Shown here: in pieces, positions 38,670-47,672 of the stretch | Layout: every line of letters begins with the position of its first letter | Numbering within the stretch: position 1 is the first letter of the stretch | Assembly: GCA_965209055.1 (NCBI GenBank) | Contig: OZ242374.1 | Location: 998,919 to 1,062,918 of the forward strand | DNA length: 64,000 bases | Direction: 5' to 3' | Source: Acidobacteriota bacterium | GTDB lineage: Bacteria > Acidobacteriota > UBA6911 > RPQK01 > JAJDTT01 | The notes under the pieces: generated by a model | Told to the model about the DNA's origin: nothing | Database searches by the model: none | The model's input: only the letters and a program-made list of their open reading frames with translations | Program-made: the position numbers and the translations under genes

Positions 38670-39372
38670 TGCGGACCGGCAGACGATTCGCCGTTACACG
38701 GTTTGGGCCGGACGGCTCATGGCGCCGGCCTACCTTCTGGGAGCGTTGGCCCTCTACGCCGCATTCCTGTACGCCCCCACGGAGCAGGTCATGGGCGACG
38801 TTCAGCGGATCTTCTACTTCCACGTGGGGTCCGCCTGGAACGCCTTTCTGGCCTTTCTGGTCGTCTTCCTGGCCAGTATCGCGTATCTCAAGACCCGGCG
38901 CGTCAAATGGGACCAGTTGGCCGTGGCCTCCACCGAGGTGGGCGTGGTGTTCACGACCATCACCCTGGTCACCGGGTCGATCTGGGCCAAGCCGATCTGG
39001 TACACCTGGTGGCCGGTGGGCGATCCGCGGGTCACGACCACGCTGGTGTTGTGGCTGATGTACGTCTCGTACCTCATCCTCCGGAGCAGCCTTCCCGAGG
39101 GGGATCAGAAATACAAATTCTGCGCCGTGCTGGGCATCGTCGGTTTCATCAACGTCCCCATCGTCTGGATGTCCATCCGCTGGTGGAGGACCCACCATCC
39201 CGTGGTCATCACTTCCAGCGGCATGAATCTGGAGTCGAGGATGGTGGACGCGCTGATGATCTCCGTATTCGCTTTCGCGGCCCTCTATTCGGTCCTTCTC
39301 TGCTTGAGAACATCCATGCGTCTCCAAGAGCGCGTGACTCGGGAAATGGAAGCGGAGGTTCTGGCCAAATGA
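38650..39372 (+). CDS. ccmC: heme exporter protein CcmC
   Basis: 240 aa. RIFYFHVGSAW (first heme-ligand His region), a WWD-like motif WAKPIWYTWWPVGDPRVTT, and WWRTHH (second His region). Confidence 0.85.
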   Translation: MWSKNLDADRQTIRRYTVWAGRLMAPAYLLGALALYAAFLYAPTEQVMGDVQRIFYFHVGSAWNAFLAFLVVFLASIAYLKTRRVKWDQLAVASTEVGVVFTTITLVTGSIWAKPIWYTWWPVGDPRVTTTLVLWLMYVSYLILRSSLPEGDQKYKFCAVLGIVGFINVPIVWMSIRWWRTHHPVVITSSGMNLESRMVDALMISVFAFAALYSVLLCLRTSMRLQERVTREMEAEVLAK

Positions 39373-39385
39373 TGGAGAACGGATC

Positions 39386-39547
39386 ATGATCGGCTATCTC
39401 TTCGCCGCCTACATGGTCATCTGGACCCTGCTGTTTGCCTACCTTCTCCATATTGCCCGGTCCCAGCGCCGGCTGGGGCGGCGGCTGGATGCGCTGTCCG
39501 CGGAGATCCAGGACCGCGGCGGCACTTCCGGCGGCTCCAAGTCCTGA
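39386..39547 (+). CDS. ccmD: CcmD-family small membrane protein
   Basis: A 53-aa ORF not in the supplied track (<60 aa): MIGYLFAAYMVIWTLLFAYLLHIARSQRRLGRRLDALSAEIQDRGGTSGGSKS. The AYxxxW...Y...RR.L pattern and the position right after ccmC fit CcmD. Confidence 0.65.
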   Translation: MIGYLFAAYMVIWTLLFAYLLHIARSQRRLGRRLDALSAEIQDRGGTSGGSKS

Positions 39548-39550
39548 CTC

Positions 39551-39571
39551 AAGGGCGGGACATCCGCCCTT
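39551..39571 (+). terminator. hairpin AAGGGCGG-GACAT-CCGCCCTT immediately after ccmD
   Basis: An 8-bp perfect stem 4 nt after the ccmD stop. No U-tract. It overlaps the -35 of the candidate dnaK promoter. Confidence 0.35.
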
Positions 39572-39598
39572 GACAGCCCCGATTTCGAATCTTACTAG
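39570..39598 (+). promoter_or_regulatory. candidate dnaK promoter (TTGACA-17-TACTAG)
   Basis: Consensus -35 at 39570..39575 and a -10-like hexamer at 39593..39598. AGGAGGAAG RBS precedes ATG 39634. Confidence 0.3.
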
Positions 39599-39633
39599 TC
39601 ATTAGCGAATAGACACGCAGGAGGAAGACCGAA

Positions 39634-41559
39634 ATGTCGAGAATCATCGGTATCGATCTGGGAACCACGAACTCCGTGGTGGCGGTGATGGAAGGAAACA
39701 AGCCGACCGTCATCGCCAACCAGGAAGGCGGCCGCACGACTGCTTCAGTCGTCGCCATCACCAAGAGCGGCGAGCGCCTGGTGGGCCAGGTGGCCAAGCG
39801 TCAAGCCATCACCAATCCCGAGAACACCGCCTATTCCATCAAGCGTTTCATGGGGCGCAAGTACGGCGAAGTGAACGAAGAGATCGGAATGGTCCCCTAC
39901 CAGGTCTACGCCGCTGGCAACGGTGACGCCCAGGTGGTCCTGGGAGGCAAGAATCTCTCCCCACCCGAAGTGTCGGCCATGATCCTGCAAAAGCTCCGGT
40001 CCGCCGCCGAGGAGTATCTGGGCGAGAGCGTCGCCCAGGCCGTCATCACCGTTCCGGCCTACTTCAACGACTCGCAGCGGCAGGCCACCAAGGACGCCGG
40101 AAAAATAGCCGGACTGGAGGTCCTGAGGCTCGTCAACGAGCCGACGGCCGCCGCTCTGGCTTATGGCCTGGACCAGAAGGAGGACCAGACCATCGCCGTT
40201 TTCGACTTCGGCGGCGGCACCTTCGACATCTCGATCCTGGAGGTCGGCGAGGGGATCGTCGAGGTCAAGGCCACCAACGGCGACACGCACCTGGGCGGCG
40301 ACAACATCGATCAACGCCTCATCGACTGGGTGGTCGACGAATTCCAGAAAGATCAGGGAATCGATCTCTCCCGGGACAAGATGGCCCTGCAGCGATTGAA
40401 GGAGGCGGCGGAAAAGGCCAAGACCGAACTCTCCACGACCCAGGAGACCGACATCAACCTTCCGTTCATCACGGCCGACGCCAGCGGTCCCAAGCACCTG
40501 AACCTGAAGCTGACCCGGTCCCGCTTCGAGCGGTTGGTGGAAGACCTGCTGCAAAGGACGGTGAAACCTTGCCGCCAAGCTCTGGCGGATGCCTCCATGA
40601 ATCCCCAGGAAGTGAACGAGGTGGTTCTGGTCGGCGGCTCCACGCGGATCCCGAGAGTGCACGAGATCGTCCGCGAGTTCTTCGGCAAAGAGCCTCACAA
40701 GGGTGTCAATCCGGACGAGGTGGTCGGCGTAGGCGCCGCCGTCCAAGCCGGCGTTCTGGGAGGAGAGGTCAAGGATGTCCTGCTCCTGGACGTCACGCCG
40801 CTTTCTCTCGGTATCGAGACTTTGGGCGGCGTCGCCACCGTGCTGATTCCCAGAAATACGACCATTCCCACGCGCAAGAGCGAAGTCTTCTCCACTGCCG
40901 CCGACAGCCAGACTTCGGTTGAGGTGCATGTACAGCAGGGAGAACGGCCCATGGCCAGAGACAACAAGTCTCTGGGACGGTTTCACCTGACGGGAATTCC
41001 ACCCGCCCCCCGGGGCATCCCTCAGATCGAGGTGACCTTCGACATCGACGCCAACGGCATCCTCAACGTGAGCGCCAAAGATCTGGGGACCGGAACGGAG
41101 CAGAAAATCACCATCACCGGCTCCAGCGGACTCAGCGACGACGAGATCCGGAATATGGTGAGGGAGGCCGAGGACCACAGCGAGGAAGACCGGCGGAAGA
41201 AGGAGGAGATCGAGGTCCGGAACCAAGCCGACAACCTGGTTTATTCCACCGAGAAACTGGTCAAGGACAACCGGGACAAGATTCCGGAAGCGGACGCCAA
41301 TGCCGTCGAGGCGGCCATCGCCGAAACCCGCAAAGCCATGGAGGGAGGCGACGTGGAGGCCATCAAGCAGAGCATGGAAACGCTGCAGCAGGCCTCGCAC
41401 CAGGTGGCTCAGGCCATGTACCAACAGACTCAGCAGTCAGGACCTGCCGAGCCTCAGCCGTCCGGACCCGGCGGGCCGGAGAATCCTGCGGGTGGCGCTC
41501 AAGAGGATGATGGCCAGGTGATCGACGCCGAATACGTCGACGTGGACGACAAGAAGTAA
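39634..41559 (+). CDS. dnaK: molecular chaperone DnaK (Hsp70)
   Basis: 641 aa. [18 protein letters not shown] and [10 protein letters not shown] motifs. No dnaJ or grpE adjacent. Confidence 0.97.
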   Translation: MSRIIGIDLGTTNSVVAVMEGNKPTVIANQEGGRTTASVVAITKSGERLVGQVAKRQAITNPENTAYSIKRFMGRKYGEVNEEIGMVPYQVYAAGNGDAQVVLGGKNLSPPEVSAMILQKLRSAAEEYLGESVAQAVITVPAYFNDSQRQATKDAGKIAGLEVLRLVNEPTAAALAYGLDQKEDQTIAVFDFGGGTFDISILEVGEGIVEVKATNGDTHLGGDNIDQRLIDWVVDEFQKDQGIDLSRDKMALQRLKEAAEKAKTELSTTQETDINLPFITADASGPKHLNLKLTRSRFERLVEDLLQRTVKPCRQALADASMNPQEVNEVVLVGGSTRIPRVHEIVREFFGKEPHKGVNPDEVVGVGAAVQAGVLGGEVKDVLLLDVTPLSLGIETLGGVATVLIPRNTTIPTRKSEVFSTAADSQTSVEVHVQQGERPMARDNKSLGRFHLTGIPPAPRGIPQIEVTFDIDANGILNVSAKDLGTGTEQKITITGSSGLSDDEIRNMVREAEDHSEEDRRKKEEIEVRNQADNLVYSTEKLVKDNRDKIPEADANAVEAAIAETRKAMEGGDVEAIKQSMETLQQASHQVAQAMYQQTQQSGPAEPQPSGPGGPENPAGGAQEDDGQVIDAEYVDVDDKK

Positions 41560-41607
41560 TCCGGTTTTTTCCAGCTGGGGCGGGAACGAAACAGATCCGC
41601 TTTCAAG

Positions 41608-42057
41608 TCAACAGGAATCGATCCCGGCCACACTCCGCTCCGCCTTCCGGAGACGGTCCCTGAGCTTGGCGAACGCCTGTTCCGTTCTCCGCTGCGCCGT
41701 CTGGGAACCGGAGCTTCCCGACAGCAGTTCCTTGACCCGGCGAAAGGAGTGCTCCAGGTCAGGAAGAATCCTGGCGGTCCGGGTGGGGTCGTAGGGGATG
41801 CAGACCCGGTCCAATCCCAACTCGGTGAAAATCACCAGGTAGCGAGCGCTGGTGATGTCGGGACAGACGACTTTTTTGGATCCGGCACGGATCTCAAAAC
41901 CTAGAAGCGTGTCCATGATCCGGGGGCTGCACTTTCTTCCCGGTAGGCTGACGAAGCGAACTCTTCCGTCCAGAACATGTTCTTTGTAAACGGCCTCGAT
42001 GCAGCCCGTCTCATGTTCGATGCCTTCCGTATCCATGTCTTGCACCGGCTCGACCAA
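41608..42057 (-). CDS. hypothetical protein (no family recognised)
   Basis: 149 aa. TTG start with GAGGA 8 nt upstream (alternative ATG at 42036). The composition is protein-like, unlike the D/H/G/R/P-rich antisense artefacts. I recognised no motifs. Confidence 0.5.
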   Translation of the reverse strand: MVEPVQDMDTEGIEHETGCIEAVYKEHVLDGRVRFVSLPGRKCSPRIMDTLLGFEIRAGSKKVVCPDITSARYLVIFTELGLDRVCIPYDPTRTARILPDLEHSFRRVKELLSGSSGSQTAQRRTEQAFAKLRDRLRKAERSVAGIDSC

Positions 42058-42163
42058 GGACGAAGTCCTCTATTGAATTCTAATAGATTCTAACGCTTCG
42101 GAGGTTCCGACGAATGAGTGAGCCGAATCGGAACCCGAAGGCCCATGGATCGGCTTTGGTAAC

Positions 42164-42832
42164 ATGTCTATCGAAATGGCGCTGTTCACAGTCTGCGGCT
42201 TGAGCTTCTGGCAGCAGATCCAGGAGACGCTCAACGGCCTCTACGAGACGATCGTGGAGTATGGAGGGCCCGCCCTGCTGTTGGTGGCGCTGGCCGATTC
42301 CTCCTTCCTTTCCATTCCCGAAGGAAACGACATTCTCATCATTGCCTTGTCCACCGGACAGTCCTGGGACCTCATGGCCTATTACGTGGCCATGACCATC
42401 ACCGGATCGGTGATGGGATGCACGCTCCTGTACAGCGTCGGACGCAGAGGGGGGAACTTCGTCAAGAGGAGGTTGTCCGAGGAGAGGCGAACCGAGATGC
42501 GGCGGCTGTACAACCGCTGGGGGATCTGGACTCTGTTGGTGCCGGCCATCCTCCCCCCACCCACTCCCTTCAAGATCTTCGTCCTTTCCGCCGGACTCTT
42601 CCGGATCCCTCTGGCCCGATTCATTGTCCTGATCTCTCTGGGCAGGAGCATCCGGTACTTCATGTGGGGAATTTTGGCAGTCCTCTACGGCGAGGCGGCC
42701 AAGCAGCTCGTCCAAGAGGAAATGAAGACCGTGGGAGTGGTCCTTTTCGTGTCCCTGGCCGCCGTCTTGACGGGGATCGTCCTGATCCGGAGAAGAAACC
42801 GAAAGAAGGCTTTCTCCGGGGAGGCGACGTGA
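42164..42832 (+). CDS. DedA/YqaA-family (SNARE-associated/VTT domain) membrane protein
   Basis: 222 aa, 4-5 TM. The pattern LxAxADSSFxxIPxE......GR.G......WG.W.LLV.A.LP.P.P.K.F is typical of YqaA/DedA. Confidence 0.75.
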   Translation: MSIEMALFTVCGLSFWQQIQETLNGLYETIVEYGGPALLLVALADSSFLSIPEGNDILIIALSTGQSWDLMAYYVAMTITGSVMGCTLLYSVGRRGGNFVKRRLSEERRTEMRRLYNRWGIWTLLVPAILPPPTPFKIFVLSAGLFRIPLARFIVLISLGRSIRYFMWGILAVLYGEAAKQLVQEEMKTVGVVLFVSLAAVLTGIVLIRRRNRKKAFSGEAT

Positions 42833-43707
42833 TTCCACCGGCCTCCGGTTCGGCAGGTCGCGCGCTCCTCGCGATCCTGATGCTGGCGCTGTTTCCGGCC
42901 GGCTGCAGAAAGGTCATCAAGACGAAGGTCCGGGTCGACAAGGCGCCGGTCCACCGCCAGGTTCTGCACTCCACGCTCCCCGACCTGGTCCAACTGGTGA
43001 ACTCATCCTACGCCGGTATGGAAAGCCTGATCGCCAAGATGAGCTTGGAGTTGCAAGGGGAAACGCCGGACGAAAACTACTATGAGCGCTATCGGAAAAC
43101 ACCTGCCCAAATCATCGCCCAGAGCCCCGATTCCATCCGCATCAACGTGCAGAATCCGTTGACTCGAACCACCATCATCGCCATGGCCAGCAGCCAGGCC
43201 AAATTCCAGATCTGGGCTCCTACGAAGAACAAGTTCGTAACCGGCAGCACCGATCTCGAGCGCAACGACGACAATCCCATCTACAACGTGCGGCCGGAGC
43301 ACGTATTCCCGGCCATCCTGATTGAGCCGCTGCCGGTGGGACCGTCGGCGGGGGTCTTCCTGATCGAGGAGACGGACGCAAGATCCAAGTACTACGTCAT
43401 CCATGAACTGGAAAGCGGGAATCTACGTCTGAAGAGGAGACTCTGGATCGAGCGCAGCAGGCTGGAATTGGTGCGTCAGGATTACTACGACACCGACGGG
43501 GGGGTTGCCAGCTTGATTCGTTACACTGCGCCCGTCGCTGAGGGTCAGGCGGTCGTCAACACCGGGATCGTGCTGGAGCGGCCCCGGGATCGATACACGC
43601 TCCGGCTCCGGTTGGACCCGAAGAGCCTGAAGACCGGGCGCCAATTGGAGGAACGGCACTTCGACCTGCCGATTCCGCCGGGGGCGGAATTGATCGAGCT
43701 GCGATAG
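42829..43707 (+). CDS. lipoprotein of unknown function (possible LolA/LolB-like fold)
   Basis: GTG 42829 overlaps the upstream TGA. Lipobox LALFPAGC at the end of a signal peptide. The rest is beta-rich. The fold suggestion is inference only. Confidence 0.55.
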   Translation: MIPPASGSAGRALLAILMLALFPAGCRKVIKTKVRVDKAPVHRQVLHSTLPDLVQLVNSSYAGMESLIAKMSLELQGETPDENYYERYRKTPAQIIAQSPDSIRINVQNPLTRTTIIAMASSQAKFQIWAPTKNKFVTGSTDLERNDDNPIYNVRPEHVFPAILIEPLPVGPSAGVFLIEETDARSKYYVIHELESGNLRLKRRLWIERSRLELVRQDYYDTDGGVASLIRYTAPVAEGQAVVNTGIVLERPRDRYTLRLRLDPKSLKTGRQLEERHFDLPIPPGAELIELR

Positions 43708-43788
43708 GCCGGAACAGGACACCGATTCACCTGGATTCTCCCGGTCGGCGGAGACCGCCGATCCCCTGGCTGCCGGCGTCCGACGACG

Positions 43789-43818
43789 TTGAAGCCCGAT
43801 TCCGAACCGGTATACAAT
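43789..43818 (+). promoter_or_regulatory. candidate promoter (TTGAAG-18-TACAAT) upstream of the ABC ATPase gene
   Basis: The hexamers were read directly. They are preceded by a TCGGCGG-AGAC-CCGCCGA hairpin that may terminate the lipoprotein gene. Confidence 0.25.
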
Positions 43819-43906
43819 GTCGTTTGCGGTTACCCTGGATCGTCCAGTCAAGGCTCGTGGCCGAGAGGGCTCCCGTCATTTGATTTTCGCTCCGGGACTC
43901 TCCTGA

Positions 43907-44617
43907 ATGAGGCACACTCTGGAAATGGATCGAGTCAAGAATCTGGTGGTAGCCGAGGACCTCCAGATGGTCTTTCGCATCGGAAAGATGGAGGTCCCCG
44001 CTCTCCGCGGCATCAACCTGAAGGTCCGGACCGGCGAGTTCCTGGCCATCATGGGACCCAGCGGTTGCGGCAAATCCACACTGCTCCACCTCCTGGGCGG
44101 ACTCCTGACCCCCTCTTCAGGCCGGATCTGGATCGACGGAGTGGAGATGAGCCTGGTCAGCGATGCGGAAAGGACCGAGATCCGCAAGATGAAGATCGGA
44201 TTCGTCTTTCAGCGGTTCAATCTCCTGCCGACCCTGACGGCCCGGCACAACATCGAGCTGGCGTGCCGCATTCATGGCAACGGCCATCAGAATGAGGCCC
44301 GGACCCGAGAAATCTTTAAACTGTTGGGATTGGAGGGCAAGATGGATCACAAGCCCTCCGAGCTCTCAGGGGGCGAACAACAACGGATCTCCGTTGCCCG
44401 CGCCGTCATCAATCGACCCGCCTTGCTCCTGGCGGATGAGCCCACTGGAAACCTGGATTCCCAGAACTCCGACAACGTGCTCTCCATCCTGAAAGAGCTG
44501 AATCAGCGTTATAACCAGACCATCCTGATGATCACCCACAATCCGGATGCCGCCGCGGCCGCCAGCCGCGTCATCCGGATGATGGACGGCCGGCTTGTGA
44601 GCTCGGATTCCGAGTAG
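43907..44617 (+). CDS. ABC transporter ATP-binding protein, LolD/MacB-type
   Basis: 236 aa. [31 protein letters not shown] and [12 protein letters not shown] are typical of the LolD/MacB/FtsE subgroup. Confidence 0.85.
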   Translation: MRHTLEMDRVKNLVVAEDLQMVFRIGKMEVPALRGINLKVRTGEFLAIMGPSGCGKSTLLHLLGGLLTPSSGRIWIDGVEMSLVSDAERTEIRKMKIGFVFQRFNLLPTLTARHNIELACRIHGNGHQNEARTREIFKLLGLEGKMDHKPSELSGGEQQRISVARAVINRPALLLADEPTGNLDSQNSDNVLSILKELNQRYNQTILMITHNPDAAAAASRVIRMMDGRLVSSDSE

Positions 44618-44660
44618 ACTCCGCCGCCGTCGGCTGACCCGGAAGCTCCCCCAAAGTAAA

Positions 44661-44735
44661 GGAGCGGCGATTTCCAATCGCCGAACTCCATTGTGACAAA
44701 CCTGGCGACGAAGACTGGGCGATTCGAAATCGCCC
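44661..44735. terminator. two related hairpins between convergent genes (GGCGATT-TCC-AATCGCC at 44666..44682; GGGCGATT-CGA-AATCGCCC at 44717..44735)
   Basis: Perfect 7- and 8-bp stems seen in the 128-nt convergent gap. Confidence 0.35.
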
Positions 44736-44745
44736 CTCCTTTGTC

Positions 44746-45447
44746 TCAGAACTGAATGACGTTGACGTCGGAAGGCAGCTCCAGCTCGAACCTGGAAGCC
44801 GGCAGATCCAGGTTCAAACGGACGTCTTCGAACCGGATCAGCAGGTAGTCGCGCGTGGGCTCCACCAGCTTCTGCTGAATGGGGACCCAGAGCCGGCCGT
44901 CGACCCAGAGCACGATACGGGAGAAAAAGGCGGAGACCTTGCCGGACCGGGGAGTCAGTTCGAGCGCGTAGGTCTCCCGGCCGCCGACCATCTCCGGACC
45001 CAGCCATCGTATGGAATAGGCATCGCGGAGAGCCTGCTTCTTGGAGGTGAAGCCCAGCAGCAGGAACTCCGCCCGATCCTTTCTCGCCCCCAGATCGTAC
45101 CGGTTGGCCTGCTTGAGAAGCGGCTGATAGAAGATCCCTTTCCCGTCATTGATCAAGAGCGTGCTCACGCCCGGCTCCGTGATGTCTCTGCGCAGACGGA
45201 TCGCCTCTTTCTCCCTGAGGAAATGAAATTCGCCCCGCTCTTCCTCGTCGAACTCCTCCAGGATGTCGGTCCATTTCTTCTGGATGATCCTCGCGCTCAT
45301 GGATTGGAGATTTCCGCCTCTCCGGTCCATCTTCTCCAGAACCGACTCCAGACCGGGCGCTGCCGGAACCGTCTCCATGGCCCCCGACGGAAGATCCGTG
45401 AAGAATCCCAGAAGCAGAAAGAGGAGGGAGATCCGCGCTGAATCCAT
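44746..45447 (-). CDS. LolA-like outer-membrane lipoprotein carrier/sorting protein
   Basis: Signal peptide from ATG 45447 (MDSARISLLFLLLGFF...), then a LolA-like beta-barrel pattern (LQSMSARIIQKKW..., ...LWVD...WVPIQQKLVEP..D...IRFEDVRLN..L....F). The longest ORF start is 45495. Confidence 0.65.
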   Translation of the reverse strand: MDSARISLLFLLLGFFTDLPSGAMETVPAAPGLESVLEKMDRRGGNLQSMSARIIQKKWTDILEEFDEEERGEFHFLREKEAIRLRRDITEPGVSTLLINDGKGIFYQPLLKQANRYDLGARKDRAEFLLLGFTSKKQALRDAYSIRWLGPEMVGGRETYALELTPRSGKVSAFFSRIVLWVDGRLWVPIQQKLVEPTRDYLLIRFEDVRLNLDLPASRFELELPSDVNVIQF

Positions 45448-45452
45448 TCGTT

Positions 45453-46298
45453 TCAAGGGGGTGAGATCTCCTGCCTGGAGGACGGCAGGACCCATTTGTT
45501 GAAGGTCTGGACCTGAGATTTCTTCGGATCCGGTACGATCTCCTGCTGATTTTCAGGCTCCTGCCTCTTGGAAAAGAGGGAACCGTCGAAGACCGAGCCC
45601 GGAGTGAGAAAAATAAAGCCCAGGATCATCACGCAGACCACGTCGTAGCGCCAGGTTCCCCGGACGTACCGCATCGAGCCCGCAGGCTGCCGGCCCGCGC
45701 GCCCCTGACCCGGCTTCGGCTCGGACGGCCTCATCTGGGAGCGGGTGTGGAGAATCCGGTGAATCACCGTCCAGTTTCCGATGACGGCGATGGCCCAGAG
45801 GACGGGTTCCATGAAATAGAAGGAGCCGATGATGAGCAGAACCAGGCGTTCGGGCCGTTCCAGGAATCCGACCTTGCAACTGGGGATCAGGCATTCGGCC
45901 CGGGCCCTGGTGTAGCTGATCAGTACCGACCCCATCATGGCCACGCTCACCAGGACGACGTAGGTGGACCGGTCCTGCTGGCCGTAATAAATGATGAGGC
46001 CCAGGTAGATGATCAAATCCGAGTAGCGGTCCATCACCGAATCGAAGAAGGCCCCGAATGGAGTCGCGGTGTTGGCGGTCCGGGCCACCATCCCGTCCAC
46101 CATGTCGAACAGGCCGGCGAGGATCAGTACCAGGCCGGCGGTAACGAAGTGGCCACTCGCAAAAACGAACGCCGCCCAGATGCTGGTGATGAACCCCAGA
46201 AAGGTGAGGTGATTGGGCTTGACGTGCAATGCCATCAAACACCGCACGATTCCCCTCAGGATGACCTGGGCTCCGTGGCCGATGGTTTGCGAAATCAT
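45453..46298 (-). CDS. CDP-alcohol phosphatidyltransferase family protein (PgsA-like) with extended C-terminus
   Basis: 281 aa. DMVDGMVARTANTATPFGAFFDSVMDRYSD matches the D(x)2DG(x)2AR(x)8G(x)3D(x)3D signature. Confidence 0.8.
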   Translation of the reverse strand: MISQTIGHGAQVILRGIVRCLMALHVKPNHLTFLGFITSIWAAFVFASGHFVTAGLVLILAGLFDMVDGMVARTANTATPFGAFFDSVMDRYSDLIIYLGLIIYYGQQDRSTYVVLVSVAMMGSVLISYTRARAECLIPSCKVGFLERPERLVLLIIGSFYFMEPVLWAIAVIGNWTVIHRILHTRSQMRPSEPKPGQGRAGRQPAGSMRYVRGTWRYDVVCVMILGFIFLTPGSVFDGSLFSKRQEPENQQEIVPDPKKSQVQTFNKWVLPSSRQEISPP

Positions 46299-46314
46299 GG
46301 ATTCTCTCCCCGAC

Positions 46315-47619
46315 TCAGAACAGCTTGAATCGGATGGTCAGGAACTTCTTGGGATCCTGCCGGAAGTCATGGATCAACTTCACCATTTCCGAAGTCAGAT
46401 GATTCAGATTCTCGTAAAGCGCCTCGTCCTTCGCCAACCGTCCCAGGGTTCCCTCACCGTCCTGAATGGCCTCCAGGAACACCGCCATCTGGTCCATGGT
46501 TCGGCGCAGGTCCACATAGAGTTGATCATCCCTTGACAGTTTGCCCAGAGTGCCCTCTCCCGCTTCCATGCGCTGGGTAATGGATTTGAGACTCGCCGTC
46601 GTCTGTTCGATGCTGTCGTAGAGCGAGGGGTCCTTCGAGAGCTTGCCCAGAGTGCCCTCCCCCTGCTCGACTCGCCTGACGATTTCATCCATCCGGGCGG
46701 AAATGCCCCGGATGCTCTGGTAGATGTCATCCTCACGAATCAGGCTGGGAACGGTTCCCGGCCCTTCGATGAGACGCTCAGTGAGTATGGCCACCCTTTC
46801 GCTGGTCTGCTGGAACAAGGCCATGATCCTGTTGATGTTGTTGAAGAATTCGGGATTGGTCAGAAACTGGCCGACGGTACCCTCTCCTCTTCCCAATCCC
46901 CCCATGATTTCTTCCAACCGTCCTGACAGGGCCTCCACGTTGACCAGCACGTCGTTGGCTCCGAGGATCAGTTCCCTGAAACCGGGCTCGGTGGAACCGG
47001 TGATCACCACGACCTCGTCGGTCTCCACGCCGAACCAGGTCTCGAATTCCTCTTCGACCACCAGCGGGGGCTCATCGGACCGCCCCAGCGACACCTCCAC
47101 GTACTTGTCGCCAAGCAGCCCGATGGACCCCAGCGAGATGTTGCTGTCGCGCTGGACCCAGACCCGGTATTCCTGCTTGATGTCCAGGTAGACCTCCACG
47201 TTCTGGAGCCGCCACCGGACCCTGTCGATCCCGGACTGGAGCTGCTTGAGACGCTCATCGTCGGGAGGCTGCTTGCGCCGCTCTTCCTCCGCCAGTCTTT
47301 CCAGTTCGTCGATCTCCGCCAAGGTGAGCCGGTTCGTCTCGGTCGGGGGCATCTCGCCCGGCTTGGAGATCTTGATCCGCGAGACGTTGCCCGCTTCGAC
47401 GCCGCCGATGAGGACGATGTCCGACGGTTTCAGCCCCGCAGTGTCGTTGAGGTAGGTCTTGGCTCGAAACGTCTCCTCCAAAAGGCCGACCCGGGTGCCG
47501 ATGTTGAAGACGGCCAGACCCAGAATCGCCATGGTGACGACGGCGAAAAGCCCGACTTTGAGTTCGGCGAGACGGGTCGGTCTGCCTCTGTCTCTACCTC
47601 TACGCATGCTGATCACCAC
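46315..47619 (-). CDS. mlaD: MlaD/MCE-domain protein with five C-terminal GxGTxGxL repeats
   Basis: 434 aa. N-terminal TM, MCE domain (...IGGVEAGNVSRI...LGSIGLLGDKYVEV), then repeats GEGTVGQFL/GPGTVPSLI/GEGTLGKLS/GEGTLGKLS/GEGTLGRLA. Confidence 0.8.
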   Translation of the reverse strand: MVISMRRGRDRGRPTRLAELKVGLFAVVTMAILGLAVFNIGTRVGLLEETFRAKTYLNDTAGLKPSDIVLIGGVEAGNVSRIKISKPGEMPPTETNRLTLAEIDELERLAEEERRKQPPDDERLKQLQSGIDRVRWRLQNVEVYLDIKQEYRVWVQRDSNISLGSIGLLGDKYVEVSLGRSDEPPLVVEEEFETWFGVETDEVVVITGSTEPGFRELILGANDVLVNVEALSGRLEEIMGGLGRGEGTVGQFLTNPEFFNNINRIMALFQQTSERVAILTERLIEGPGTVPSLIREDDIYQSIRGISARMDEIVRRVEQGEGTLGKLSKDPSLYDSIEQTTASLKSITQRMEAGEGTLGKLSRDDQLYVDLRRTMDQMAVFLEAIQDGEGTLGRLAKDEALYENLNHLTSEMVKLIHDFRQDPKKFLTIRFKLF

Positions 47620-47672
47620 GGCTCCTCAAACCCCAACACACCTGGACTTCACGGTGGAAGTCCAGGGGAGCA

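Noticed and set aside
39745-41424. 559-aa - strand ORF opposite dnaK; also 28847..30427, 36424..37944, 7996..9306, 9364..10764, 56087..57703, 57800..59188
   Set aside because: All are antisense or shadow ORFs of strongly supported genes (dnaK, nuoN, nupC, clpB, valS) with the same biased composition.
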